Positions 22,830 to 32,624 of a DNA stretch of 64,000 bases are shown piece after piece. Under the pieces are notes generated by a model. That model made no database searches. It saw nothing but the letters and a program-made list of their open reading frames with translations, and was not told where the DNA came from. How positions within the stretch are numbered: the first letter of the stretch is position 1; each line of letters starts with the position of its first letter. The position numbers were made by a program, and so were the translations under genes. Source of the DNA: Macrostomum lignano (Eukaryota); the NCBI GenBank assembly GCA_002269645.1, contig NIVC01001424.1, positions 1-64,000 of the forward strand, in the 5' to 3' direction.

Positions 22830-24107
22830 ATGAAAGTCAAAAGCAAATCAGCTGTTAACAGTCTGCCTTTTTTTGAAGCCTGTCTTTCTTGCAACAAATG
22901 CGTCCTCGGAGGGCTGAAGCCGGACCGCCACATAGCCTGCAGCACCAGTAAGTGGAGCGTGTGCTGGCAGTGCAGCTTTTTTAAAAAGAGTAATGGAAGC
23001 TTCTCAGCCTCACGACATGACGGGCATCTCCAACTTCCGAGCGGAGACAATGGATTGCGTAATATCAAGCGGCTTGTGCTCCAAAAAGCGCACCAGCTTG
23101 CTAAGGAGGAGGCAGCTCGCACTCAAGTGCTTAGTCAGGTCATCCGAGGCGTCCTTGATAGTGACGATGATTTTGTTGTTAATCAGTCGATTTCGTCAAA
23201 ATGCCCTGCTGGAAGGGGAACAGATGAGATTGCTGGAAAGCAACTAAGAATGAGCAGCCCATACAGTTTTTTGGAGGAGCCCAGTGATCTTGAAGAGCAC
23301 GACGACTTCAACCAGCAGCCGCAGCTGCCTGCCGCGGCCAACGAGGAGCTGCCTGACGCCGGCCAGCTGCCCGCCGCGGCCAACGAGGAGCTGCCTGACG
23401 CCGGCCAGCTGCCCGCCGCGGCCAACGAGGAGCTGCCTGACGCCAGCCAGCTGCCCGCCGCGGCCAACGAGGAGCTGCCTGACGCCGGCCAGCTGCCCGC
23501 CGCGGCCAACGAGGAGCTGCCTGACGCCGGCCAGCTGCCCGTCGCGGCCAACGAGGAGCTGCCTGACGCCAGCCAGCTGCCCGCCGCGGCCAACGAGGAG
23601 CTGCCTGACGCCGGCCAGCTGCCCGCCGCGGCCAACGAGGAGCTGCCTGACGCCGGCCAGCTGCTCGCCGCGGCCAACGAGGAGCTGCCTGACGCCGGCC
23701 AGCTGCCCGCCGCGGCCAACGAGGAGCTGCCTGACGCCGGCCAGCTGCCCGCCGCGGCCAACGAGGAGCTGCCTGACGCCGGCCAGCTGCCCGCCGCGGC
23801 CAACGAGGAGCTGCCTGACGCCGGCCAGCTGCCCGCCGCGGCCAACGAGGAGCTGCCTGACGCCGGCCAGCTGCCCGCCGCGGCCAACGAGGAGCTGCCT
23901 GACGCTGGGCAGCTGCTCGCCGCGGCCAACGAGGAGCTGCCTGACGTCAGCCAGCTAGATGAAATTCTAGATGACATTGAAAATCTAGAACTACCTCAAG
24001 CAGCACCGGTCGTAGCCCCAGTTTTCAACCTTTTTTTGCCTGCGGTAACTGGCAGGGGCTATGAAATTCATTTTGACAATCAAAAGCTTACCCTGATAGC
24101 ATTGTAA
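22830..24107 (+). CDS. Polinton ORF1: Cys/His-rich N-terminus plus ~15 x 14-aa acidic repeat (AAANEELPDAGQLP)
   Basis: 425-aa ATG ORF with a TATATATA at ~22756. N-terminal CxxCxxC-x9-HxxC-x7-CxxC; 42-bp repeats at ~23325-23958. Function unknown. Confidence 0.7.
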   Translation: MKVKSKSAVNSLPFFEACLSCNKCVLGGLKPDRHIACSTSKWSVCWQCSFFKKSNGSFSASRHDGHLQLPSGDNGLRNIKRLVLQKAHQLAKEEAARTQVLSQVIRGVLDSDDDFVVNQSISSKCPAGRGTDEIAGKQLRMSSPYSFLEEPSDLEEHDDFNQQPQLPAAANEELPDAGQLPAAANEELPDAGQLPAAANEELPDASQLPAAANEELPDAGQLPAAANEELPDAGQLPVAANEELPDASQLPAAANEELPDAGQLPAAANEELPDAGQLLAAANEELPDAGQLPAAANEELPDAGQLPAAANEELPDAGQLPAAANEELPDAGQLPAAANEELPDAGQLPAAANEELPDAGQLLAAANEELPDVSQLDEILDDIENLELPQAAPVVAPVFNLFLPAVTGRGYEIHFDNQKLTLIAL

Positions 24108-24292
24108 TTGTAAGTCTAAATACTTTGATGCAGAAAAATTGAAGTAAAAATATACTGCTAGCATTCGATTTTTTACTTCATTATGACTGGATAAGTTGGA
24201 ATTTCGTTTCTATTTAATCAATTTCAATATTAGTTTTTCGCATAAATATAATAGTTTGAAAGTTTAATTTGTATCCATACTTTGTATTAGAG

Positions 24293-24920
24293 ATGTATTT
24301 GACCATTCAAACTAATTGCAGCCAAGGGAACCAAATAACAGGCAAAGTGGCAGAGCAGGACTCAAGCGAGTTTTCAGAGTCCGATTGTGACTGCTGGTCA
24401 GAATCAGAGAGCGAAGATAATTGGTCTGAATCAAGTTCCGGGGCAGACTACTCGGAGAGTGATTTCGATGGGCTCTCTGAAACCGACACCAACAACACTA
24501 AGCAAGATTGTGCTAGTAGCGGTTCCAGTCTGATCGACACCGGCGGCGGCAGTGCAGGAAGCGACACCGGCGGTGGTAGTGCAGGAAGCGACACCGGTGG
24601 CGGCAGTGCAGGAAGCGACACCGGCGGCGGCAGTGCAGGAAGCGACACCGGGGGCAGTGCAGGAAGCGACACCGGCGGTGGTAGTGCAGGAAGCGACACC
24701 GGTGGCGGCAGTGCAGGAAGCGACACCGGCGGCGGCAGTGCAGGAAGCGACACCGGTGGCGGCAGTGCAGGAAGCGACACCGGCGGCGGCAGTGCAGGAA
24801 GCGACACCGGGGGCAGTGCAGGAAGCGACACCGGCGGCGGCAGTGCAGGAAGCGACACCGGCGGCGGCAGTGAACTCAGCTTGATCGAAAACAACGGTGC
24901 CAGCAATATTCATCCTTATC
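24293..24920 (+). CDS. Acidic Ser/Gly-rich ORF or exon (12 x GGGSAGSDT), probably spliced to pPolB
   Basis: Open frame with an ATG at 24293. A GTGAGT donor at 24921 and a pyrimidine-TTTTAG acceptor at 25106 join in frame to the pPolB ORF. Confidence 0.55.
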
Positions 24921-25106
24921 GTGAGTCAACAACATTTTTAATTTCAGCCTTAAAGTTATTTAATTCCTGGGTGCATTCGAAAGTTTTGTATTTAAAAATC
25001 GAGAAATTCGATTTAAGTGTGCTTATTGAGTCTAAATTTCATTATCATGGAATACCATCCTTTGAGTAACAGAAAATAAGCAAAGCTGTTAATTTTTTTA
25101 TTTTAG

Positions 25107-28100
25107 ACATTCAGCAAGTAGCAAGTGCGCACAACGAAACCCTGGTGGTGTATCGAATTTCCGTGCCAAGCGATGCACCATGTGACCCATTTGAACTCGC
25201 CCGACGGAGCAGGGAAGCAATACAGCGAATTGTATTCGAGAAGATGGCGAATCCAAATCTTTTAGTCAGAGCGCAGCTAAAAATGAGCATCCGAATGAAC
25301 AGAATCCAAGCTGGTGAAGTGGTGAACCAGGAAGAAAGATGGGTAAGCACTCGTTTGCAACCTGTCAATGACGCCGCTTGCTTTGATGATTGGTGGAAGC
25401 AGCAGATTGATGGTTGCGAAGGCATCATTGAGAAGATGAACACAAATGGCAGTGGTTGGGTGATTGTGCGCGTCAACTGCATCGACTTGAACATTGCGGT
25501 TGGTCAAAGACTGCGCTTCTACTCTGGTCACGCAAGCAATTTTGAATTACCTCCTCTGCTGAAGGCAAAAAAAGCCGTCATCAATCCTCCTAGTACTGGC
25601 TCTGATTGTTTTTTGTATGCCTGCCTTGCAGTGCTGCATCACGGTGATGAGAATTTGAGGAAAAACCCTCAAAGGCTTTCTACTTACAAGGACTGGTTGA
25701 ACGATATCAATCTTTCAGGAATTTCCTTACCCGTTGGACTCAACCAGCTAAATCGAATCGAATTACTGAACCCAAGGTTATGTTTTGTAGTTTTTTCTTG
25801 GTCAAGCAGTAACGGTGTCAGTGTGCTGAGGCAGCCACGAGTTGAAGTCGCATGCAGTCGCAAAGTAGTTCTTCTCCTACTATTGAACAAATCAGCTAAC
25901 AAGGATGAAGAGGATAAACACTGGTGCGGAATTGTGAGCCTTGATAGGCTACTAAACAGTAAAAGCGGTCTTTACCACAGAAAATGGTGTGAACGCTGCT
26001 TGAGCTCTTTCGTAACTGATCAGAAGCTAAGTGAGCACAGAGAGCAGTGCTATCGCTCTAATGAGTTTGCTGTCAAGGAACGAGTTCCTACTGAGAAGCG
26101 CAGCGTGCTGTCTTTTCAAAACTACTTCAAAACTATTGAAGCACCGTTCGCTATCTATGCTGATATTGAAGCATTTAATTCTCCGCTAGGCCCCCACACT
26201 CGAGAGGTCATGCATCAGAAGGTTGAGGAAATGGAGGTCAGCGACAATGAGCAAGTCTGCAGCACACGCAGCAGCAGCAGCAGCAGCAGCAGTCATGTAC
26301 AAGCAAGACCAGATGAGGGCATGATAACTGGCAAAACCGTCTTTATTTCCGAGCATCTGCCTGCAGCGGGTGGATTTCTACTCGTTGCTCGTGAAGGCAT
26401 GAAGGGACCACCACTCAAGGATCAAGGTCATGTGAAGTTGGTCTCCAGTTCGAATCCATTGGAGTGTATGGAAACGTTTCTTCATGAGCTGGAACGCGTG
26501 GCTCGAGAAGTCTATGAATGGAACAGAAAGCACAGCTACCAAACGGCTGAAGCAGACACTATTGCTAGTCAAATCTTCAGTGAATCCTCCAACTGTCATT
26601 ACTGTGATCGACAGTTTACTGACACTAATGACAAGCACTATGACCATGATCATCTGACTGGAAAATTCAAAGGCGCCGCATGTTCACGGTGTAACAAATT
26701 AGCGCAACTTCGCCGAAGATTTCTGCCGATTTTTTCCATAATCTCCGAAATTATGACATGCACCTCCTGTTTTCAACAGCGTTAGGAAATATGAAAAACT
26801 GGAAGCTGAGTGTCATTCCTCAGACTTCTGAACGCTATATGTCTCTTCGAGTAGATTTCCCAATCGCCGAAATCACTCTACCGAAAGGCAAAAAGAAAAC
26901 AATTTTCTTCACTCTGCAGTTCCTCGATTCATTCCAGTTTTTAAACGCGGGTCTAGACAAACTGATTCGCAACTTACCTCTCCAGGACAGAAAATTCACT
27001 CAGCAAATGAAAAGCTGCTTTCCAAAGTTAACTAATGAAACTTTGTCTATCAAGGGAGTCTTTCCCTATGATTTCGTCAAATCCCCCGCGAATTTGGCAG
27101 TGACCGAACTTCCGAGCAGAGAAGAGTTTTTCAACTCTCTGACAAAGACAGCTTGCAGTGAGGAGAGCTATGCTCATGCGCGCAAAGCCTGGAAGCAGAT
27201 CGAAGCAAAAAATTTGCACGACTACATGCTTGCCTACCTGCAGCTTGACATCCGTCAACTTGCCGATGTTTTTCAGAACTTTCGCCGTTTGAGTCTCCAT
27301 GATGACGGTCTTGACCCGGCCCACTACTTTACTACACCAGGTCTATCATTTGATTCCGCACTGAAATCCGCGCCAACACCGCTCCAGTTGCTCGACGATG
27401 CTGAGAAGTACAGACTCTTTGAGCTTGGCATTCGTGGAGGAATGACCTTCACGAACGTTCATCATGTTACTGCCGGACCAGTCACCAGTCACCAGTCGTC
27501 AGATGGTGCAGATTCATCAAGCGCAGCTTCTAATGCCGAGACAAATTCTTTGCTCCCCGTAGACATGAATAATCTCTACGGGCAAGCGCTGTCCGAAAAA
27601 CTACCCGTCAGTGACTTTGAGTGGCTTAGTGAAGAAGAACTGTGTGAATGGACAGAAGAGAAGCTACTTAAATTGGATGACGATGGTCCAGTTGGCTACC
27701 TATTTGAGGTTGATCTGGAATATCCAGATGTAATCCACACGCAGACACAAGATTTGCCATTTGCCCCCGAGAAGGCCGCGCCTAAGCTCGAAGAGTTTCC
27801 GCCATTCATGAAACGTCTTTGGGGCGAATTGAACACTCGCAACGAGCCGTACAAAGGCTGTGTGAAACTTTTACTCACATGTCATGACAAGGAATCCTAC
27901 GTCGTGCATTTCCGAATTTTGAAGTTCTACTTGCGTCACGGTATGCGACTAAAAAAGGTCCGAAGAGCTATTCGATTTTGTCAAGCTGCAATTTTCCAAG
28001 CCTACATTGACAGAAACAGCAAAAAGCGCTCAGTGGCTACAACGGAATTCGAAAAAGACTATTACAAACTGAAGAATAACTCCCTGTTCGGCAAAACGAT

Positions 28101-28943
28101 GGAAAACGTACGGAAGAGGCTCAGTGTTCGAATTTCTAACAATGAGGAGCAGTCAGAAATCTATTCATCGCGTCCGAATCTTAAGGACTTTACGATTGTG
28201 ACTCAAGACTTAGTAGTTTTTCAATTTTTCAAGACTTCAGTCACTCTTGACCGCCCAATCTACGTTGGTCAATGTGTTTTAGATGACTCTAAGCTGGCGA
28301 TGTACCGATTGTACTATGGAAAGCTAAAGCCAACATTTGAGAATCCTGCTCTCCAACAAGGAGTTTCCCTATGCGGTGGGGACACCGATTCCTTCTTTCT
28401 GTGCTTTAAAAACATCGATGTTCAGAGTGCTGTTCTACCAGAACTCATTCGCCAGCGATTGCTAGATACCTCAAACTTCCCGGCCGACCATCAATTCCGA
28501 TCCGATGATCTAAAAGCCAAGTTAGGCTGCATAAAGGACGAATCTGCAGGCAACCCCATCGTGAATGGATCCTTTTGAGACCAAAACTATACTCGATGAA
28601 GGCCGAGTCTGGAGGGAAGAAGGCAGCCAAAGGTGTTCAGAAGAGTGTGCTGCGGGCAGAAATCACACACGATGACTACATGCAGGCGTTTGCCAGTTTG
28701 AAGGAGCTTCGCGTCTTAACACGCAGAATCGCTAGCCGACGACACAGAGTAGTCACTTTAGAGCAACAGAAGCGTGCCCTGACTGTATGGGAGGACAAGC
28801 GTGCGTGGACTTCCCCAAACCAAAGTCTTCCGTATGGGCACTTTGCTCTAAGAGACCCCTGCCGCCACAGCTGCCGCCGTTACAATCGAGAAGCACCTCA
28901 ACTAGCTGCTGATCAGGCTCCCAAGCAAATGAGGATGCAATAA
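25107..28943 (+). CDS. polB: Protein-primed family B DNA polymerase with an endonuclease VII-like insert; two apparent -1 frameshifts
   Basis: Motifs CHYC...DHDHLTGKFKGAACSRCN, PIF(F)HNLRNYD, FLDSF, KGVFPYD, DPAHYFTTPG, GIRGG, DMNNLYG, KLKNNSLFGK, GDTDS, LRPKLYS and KAAKGV. Frame breaks at ~26730-26735 and ~28562. Confidence 0.95.
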
Positions 28944-29276
28944 CATACATTTGACTAGTGCGTACTTTTGAATTGAGCATTTGCTCAGCTTTGCATTCTG
29001 TTTTTTGTACATGTTGTCCGCATAAATGCTATAGTACTTTTCTTTAACGTGCAATTGCTTTTTCAAAACTTGCTTTACTTTATGAGTGTTAGCATTTTCA
29101 TTTTCTTTCTTTTTCTCATGTTCTTTTAATATTAGTATCAATTTTCGCTGTGTTGCAGTTTGCTGACAATTTTTTAGCATCTTTGTAACCAAAAAATAAA
29201 ACTAGTAAACAAGGCATATTAACGTTTTTTTCTGCTAGTTCTTGTCGGAAGATTAAAGACGGGTAATTATTGTGCT

Positions 29277-29861
29277 TTATTTTAGTTGCATAAGTGTGTT
29301 AACAGAGCGAAACAGGGAAGAACTGTCCGATTTTAGCATACGCAGAGATTTTGCCCCACTTAGAATATAAGAAGCATTATGAAAAAGCAAGCATTTACAA
29401 TACTTAAGTTGACAAACTAAAGCTGAAAATGTTTCTGGTTCATACTGGGCTTTGGGCAAAACTTTAACAAGTTCAGTAAGCGGTAGCGCATTTTGGAGCT
29501 TAAAACGTCCATGAGCAGTAATAGTTTTAATTCGAACACAAATTGTTTGATGAGGCAGCAGTTGAGCCGGCACTCTCCGATGCAGCATAGCCACGAAGCG
29601 ACGGGCAGCCCTTTTGGCGTCTGCGTGGGTCTTGGCACCACAGATGCTCAGTTGCCCAGTAGGGTAGAGTAGCAGAGTCACTCTGGGACTTCGCATCCGC
29701 TTGATGAGCACCCGGGGCCAGACGGGCCGGTAGATCACATGAGCCATGCTGAGAGCCAGTTCCCGTAGAGGCAGCTGGGCGCCCCTGCCACCATCCAGTC
29801 TCAGATCCACTCCGCCAACCAGATTGGTCACTCTTAGGGCTGTAGCTGCAGGTGGACTCAT
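29277..29861 (-). CDS. Divergent TATA-binding-protein (TBP)-like protein, 194 aa, intact
   Basis: Two-repeat TBP core: RVTNLVGGVDL; LPLRELAL...YRP...RMRSPRVTLLLYPTGQLSICGAK...AKRAARRF; LPLTELV...YEPETFSAL...LLFHNASYILSGAK. These parallel TBP IQNIVSTVNL / [23 protein letters not shown] / YEPELFPGL / LLIFVSGKVVLTGAK. Confidence 0.88.
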   Translation of the reverse strand: MSPPAATALRVTNLVGGVDLRLDGGRGAQLPLRELALSMAHVIYRPVWPRVLIKRMRSPRVTLLLYPTGQLSICGAKTHADAKRAARRFVAMLHRRVPAQLLPHQTICVRIKTITAHGRFKLQNALPLTELVKVLPKAQYEPETFSALVCQLKYCKCLLFHNASYILSGAKSLRMLKSDSSSLFRSVNTLMQLK

Positions 29862-30378
29862 TTCGATCCTTGACTTCTTCACCAAATCTTCTGCCAACTT
29901 CACTGCCCCTGTGCCACGGACACTGCTCGCTTCTTAAGTTGATGCAGAACTTTGGCTTAAGCCAACTGTAGTGCAGCAATGAATTTCTCACTGCACAGCC
30001 AGTATCTGAATCTTCAATCGAGGGTGCTCCCAAATCTTCTAGGTTATAAACCTGTCTACCAAGCAGCTCAGTCAGGAAAATAGACTTCCTTTCCCCATTT
30101 GTCCAGATCGGACCACTGGCAATCCTCAGAATGTCTTCCGCCAGTTCCATGTACGGACGGGTTCCATCATTCCACTTAAACTGGTGCAGACTCTTTGATA
30201 GCTGTCTGTAGCAAACTCGCATGTCAGGTGAGACTCTCTCCCATGGATACGGAGGTGCGTACACATGGTGAGCAATTCGGTAGCTTCCCGCTCTGACTTG
30301 AACAACTGCCAACTCTTTCACAACAAATTTTTTGCTTGTGCTGTTGCACGGGAATCCTTGGAAGTCAATGTAGTTCAT
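29527..30378 (-). CDS. Conserved Polinton-type ORF with a DEDD/RNase H-like exonuclease-type N-terminus; the real protein probably ends near 29935
   Basis: YIDFQGF...FVVKELAV...PPYPW...HQFKWNDG..PY...VYNLEDLGAPS...CAVRN. The C-terminal ~140 aa overlap the TBP ORF in another frame. Confidence 0.6.
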   Translation of the reverse strand: MNYIDFQGFPCNSTSKKFVVKELAVVQVRAGSYRIAHHVYAPPYPWERVSPDMRVCYRQLSKSLHQFKWNDGTRPYMELAEDILRIASGPIWTNGERKSIFLTELLGRQVYNLEDLGAPSIEDSDTGCAVRNSLLHYSWLKPKFCINLRSEQCPWHRGSEVGRRFGEEVKDRNESTCSYSPKSDQSGWRSGSETGWWQGRPAASTGTGSQHGSCDLPARLAPGAHQADAKSQSDSATLPYWATEHLWCQDPRRRQKGCPSLRGYAASESAGSTAASSNNLCSN

Positions 30379-30406
30379 GATGCAGCTTTCCCTCGAAATT
30401 TCGGAG

Positions 30407-31097
30407 TCAGTTCCCCTTCTTATATACTTTTCTTCCGGGCAGTTTCAGCCAGGCTGTGTTGCTGCCGTACCCCTTGACTAGACTCGCCTGTTCTTTCTCC
30501 AGTTCACTCCCTCTGCTGGTTGCCATTTTCTTTTTAACTGATTTACCAACAGCGGAAAGCGGAACATTAAGCTTTTTCTGCTGCAGCAAATCGATGAACT
30601 CGTTCCAGCCAACTGGTTCACGCTCACATGGCGAATCCCTCACTGCGTGCTGAATCAAGTCCAGTATGTTTGAGGAAGGGATTGACGTGCCTGCGATTTC
30701 CACCTCTCCGTTTTCACAAACTCGAATCAGCTCTGGATTGGTGGACAGGATCGTCCATAGACTGCGAGCCCTGGTTTTGAATTTCTGTGGCACCGACTTG
30801 CTGATCTTCTCTTCCCAGGTGTTCATCTGTGGTGTCTCTGTTTTCATCAACTTGGCTTCAGTATTGCGTGCTCCTTCTTTTCCAGCGTGCTTGCGTTGGC
30901 CAGCAAACTTTGCATTGCACTTTGATACATGGCGGTTTTCACATCTTCTGGACAATCTTCGGCATACAAGATATCATCGCATTTCTTCTGAGCCTGCTTC
31001 AAGTTAGCGTCAGTGCTATCTCATTTGGCTTCAAATTCTGCATCAACATCTCATACTCTGCTTTAGGAATCAGAACCATTTCTGAAAATTTGTTCAT
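30407..31097 (-). CDS. Conserved Polinton morphogenesis-module ORF of unknown function (frameshifted)
   Basis: MNKFSEMVLIPKAEY... and ...VPQKFKTRARSLW...NGEVEIAG..IPSSNILDL...PVGWNEFIDLL...NVPLSAVG, a pattern typical of Polinton conserved proteins. Two frame breaks. Confidence 0.6.
30419..30426 (-). promoter_or_regulatory. TATATAAG box upstream of the exonuclease-like/TBP-like unit
   Basis: 48 nt upstream of the ATG at 30378; the identical octamer precedes the PC4 gene. Confidence 0.5.
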
Positions 31098-31400
31098 TTT
31101 GCTTCTTCTTCTTTACCAGCTTAAGCAGAATCGGGAGTATTTTAATGAAGCCAGCCTTCAACAAGTCTGTCTTTCTTCTTTTGTGAGTAATTTTCGAATT
31201 ATCTCTTTTGACTTTGCAAGAACAGCTTTTTCATCGAGCGAAAACGATAGATTGTTTTGTAAGAGATTATGGCAGGCCTCGACAAGAAAATAACGCACTT
31301 CTTTTGGACAATTTTTTATCAACAGCCGCTTGAAGCGCACGGTATATTTAGGTGACGCAAGAACCGCAAAAAGACTTGCATGTGAATCAAGCACTTCCAT
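31060..31400 (-). CDS. Small conserved Polinton ORF (basic, core-protein-like; one frameshift)
   Basis: RLLIKNCPKEVRYFLVEACHNLLQNNLSFS...IIRKL, then after +1 A: KRRKTDLLKAGFIKILPILLKLV. Confidence 0.55.
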
Positions 31401-31442
31401 AGCGATGAAAACAATAGCTGATAAAAAACAAGCTTCACTTTC

Positions 31443-32087
31443 TTAAGCAAATACAAGATGGGGTCGCTGGTTGGGCAAAATTCTGGCCCGCACTCGCAGC
31501 TCATCGGGAGTTGATGGGTGAAAGTCTAGGAACAGGTAGGCTCCCCTGCTGCGCGGTCACGTGCTTGAACACTGACAGCAGAAAGCCGGGCTTCTCTGTA
31601 AAGCACTGCCTGCCCAGTGCTGCAATCTGCAGCTGGTCTCTGGGGTTTTTCAAGATAGCTAAGTACATTACATTCAAGCTCATTGTTCGCGACTCTTTTC
31701 CCTTAAAAAATATATTCTGAGTCAGCATCACCAAAAGCACGGCAAGTGATGTGCGATTCCTGTGAAAAAATTTCGCATTGAAGCAGAGTTTGAAGTTTCC
31801 TCTATTAAGTCATCGAAAACAACCAGGTCATTGGGCCTAAGTGCTGCCTCGATGTTGGTGGGAAATCCCTGGCGCAGCTGCACACCTAGGCTGCTCAGTT
31901 CTGCATGGCCTGCCTGTGAGATCCCATAGTACCACAGAACTCTGCCAGGCTTCACATCAAACATGACGTCTCTGTACTGGATCAGGTGTTTGACAAAGGT
32001 TGTTTTTCCTGCATTGGTGGGCCCGCAGACAATCATGCAGCTTCCCTGCCTGAGGCGGATATCGTAGCAAACTCGCTTTTCTTCCAT
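31443..32087 (-). CDS. A32/FtsK-family genome-packaging ATPase (frameshifted)
   Basis: Walker A GPTNAGKT, Walker B LVVFDD, AHH, TQNIFFKG, RTMSLN, KNPRD and LDFHPSTPDELRVR. Frame breaks at ~31743 and ~31545. Confidence 0.92.
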
Positions 32088-32110
32088 GTCTAATGCATAA
32101 ATATTAGAAA

Positions 32111-32619
32111 TCACGCACATCTTTTTCTTAAGTTGGCTTCAAACCTCTGTAAGATTCTATCATTCAAATGATTTTTTTCATTAGCATGCAAATGCTTCAA
32201 AATCCCCTCAAATGACCGATTGAACAGAAACTTTTGATAAGCAAAATAGATGCAAAACATTCCGCATTTATTAGAGTTAGCACATTGAAATCTGTTTATA
32301 TTGCTTCGGAGCCAAAAGCCAGTTGTTTTAATCTCTCGAAACAAATTATAAACCACAGATAAAATTTCAGGTTCCCAGCCGAGGGAGTTGAACAACTCAA
32401 TGCAATTTCCTTGCCCAACATAGCACACCACCCAATGACCAAATGAACCATTGTGCTGTAGTAGAACAAAAACAAACTTATTTTCAAGGAAATTGATCGA
32501 TATTTTCTTTTTAGACTCAAAGGCAAAACATTTTTATAGCGTGAATGTAAAGTAATGATGAGAAATTTTCGGCAAGACAAAAATTTTCTGGCGAGATTAA
32601 GTAGTTGAATTGCGTCCAT
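32111..32619 (-). CDS. Adenain-like cysteine maturation protease (frameshifted)
   Basis: GHWVVCYV, FNSLG and Q..NSNKCGMFCIYF, giving the His...Cys catalytic motifs. Confidence 0.88.
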
Positions 32620-32624
32620 GCCAA

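Noticed and set aside
23183-24913. Alternative-frame and antisense ORFs over the Polinton 42-bp and 27-bp repeats
   Set aside because: Shadows of the repeat regions in ORF1 and the Gly/Ser exon.
28902-29192. Lys-rich 96-aa minus-strand ORF between pPolB and the TBP-like gene
   Set aside because: AT-rich convergent-terminator region, overlaps the pPolB end and has no recognisable motif. It could be a small gene, but the evidence is insufficient.
29277-29861. Possibility that this is the host TBP or TRF2 gene
   Set aside because: Intronless, highly divergent, lies inside TIRs bounded by a TSD and is co-oriented with viral genes.
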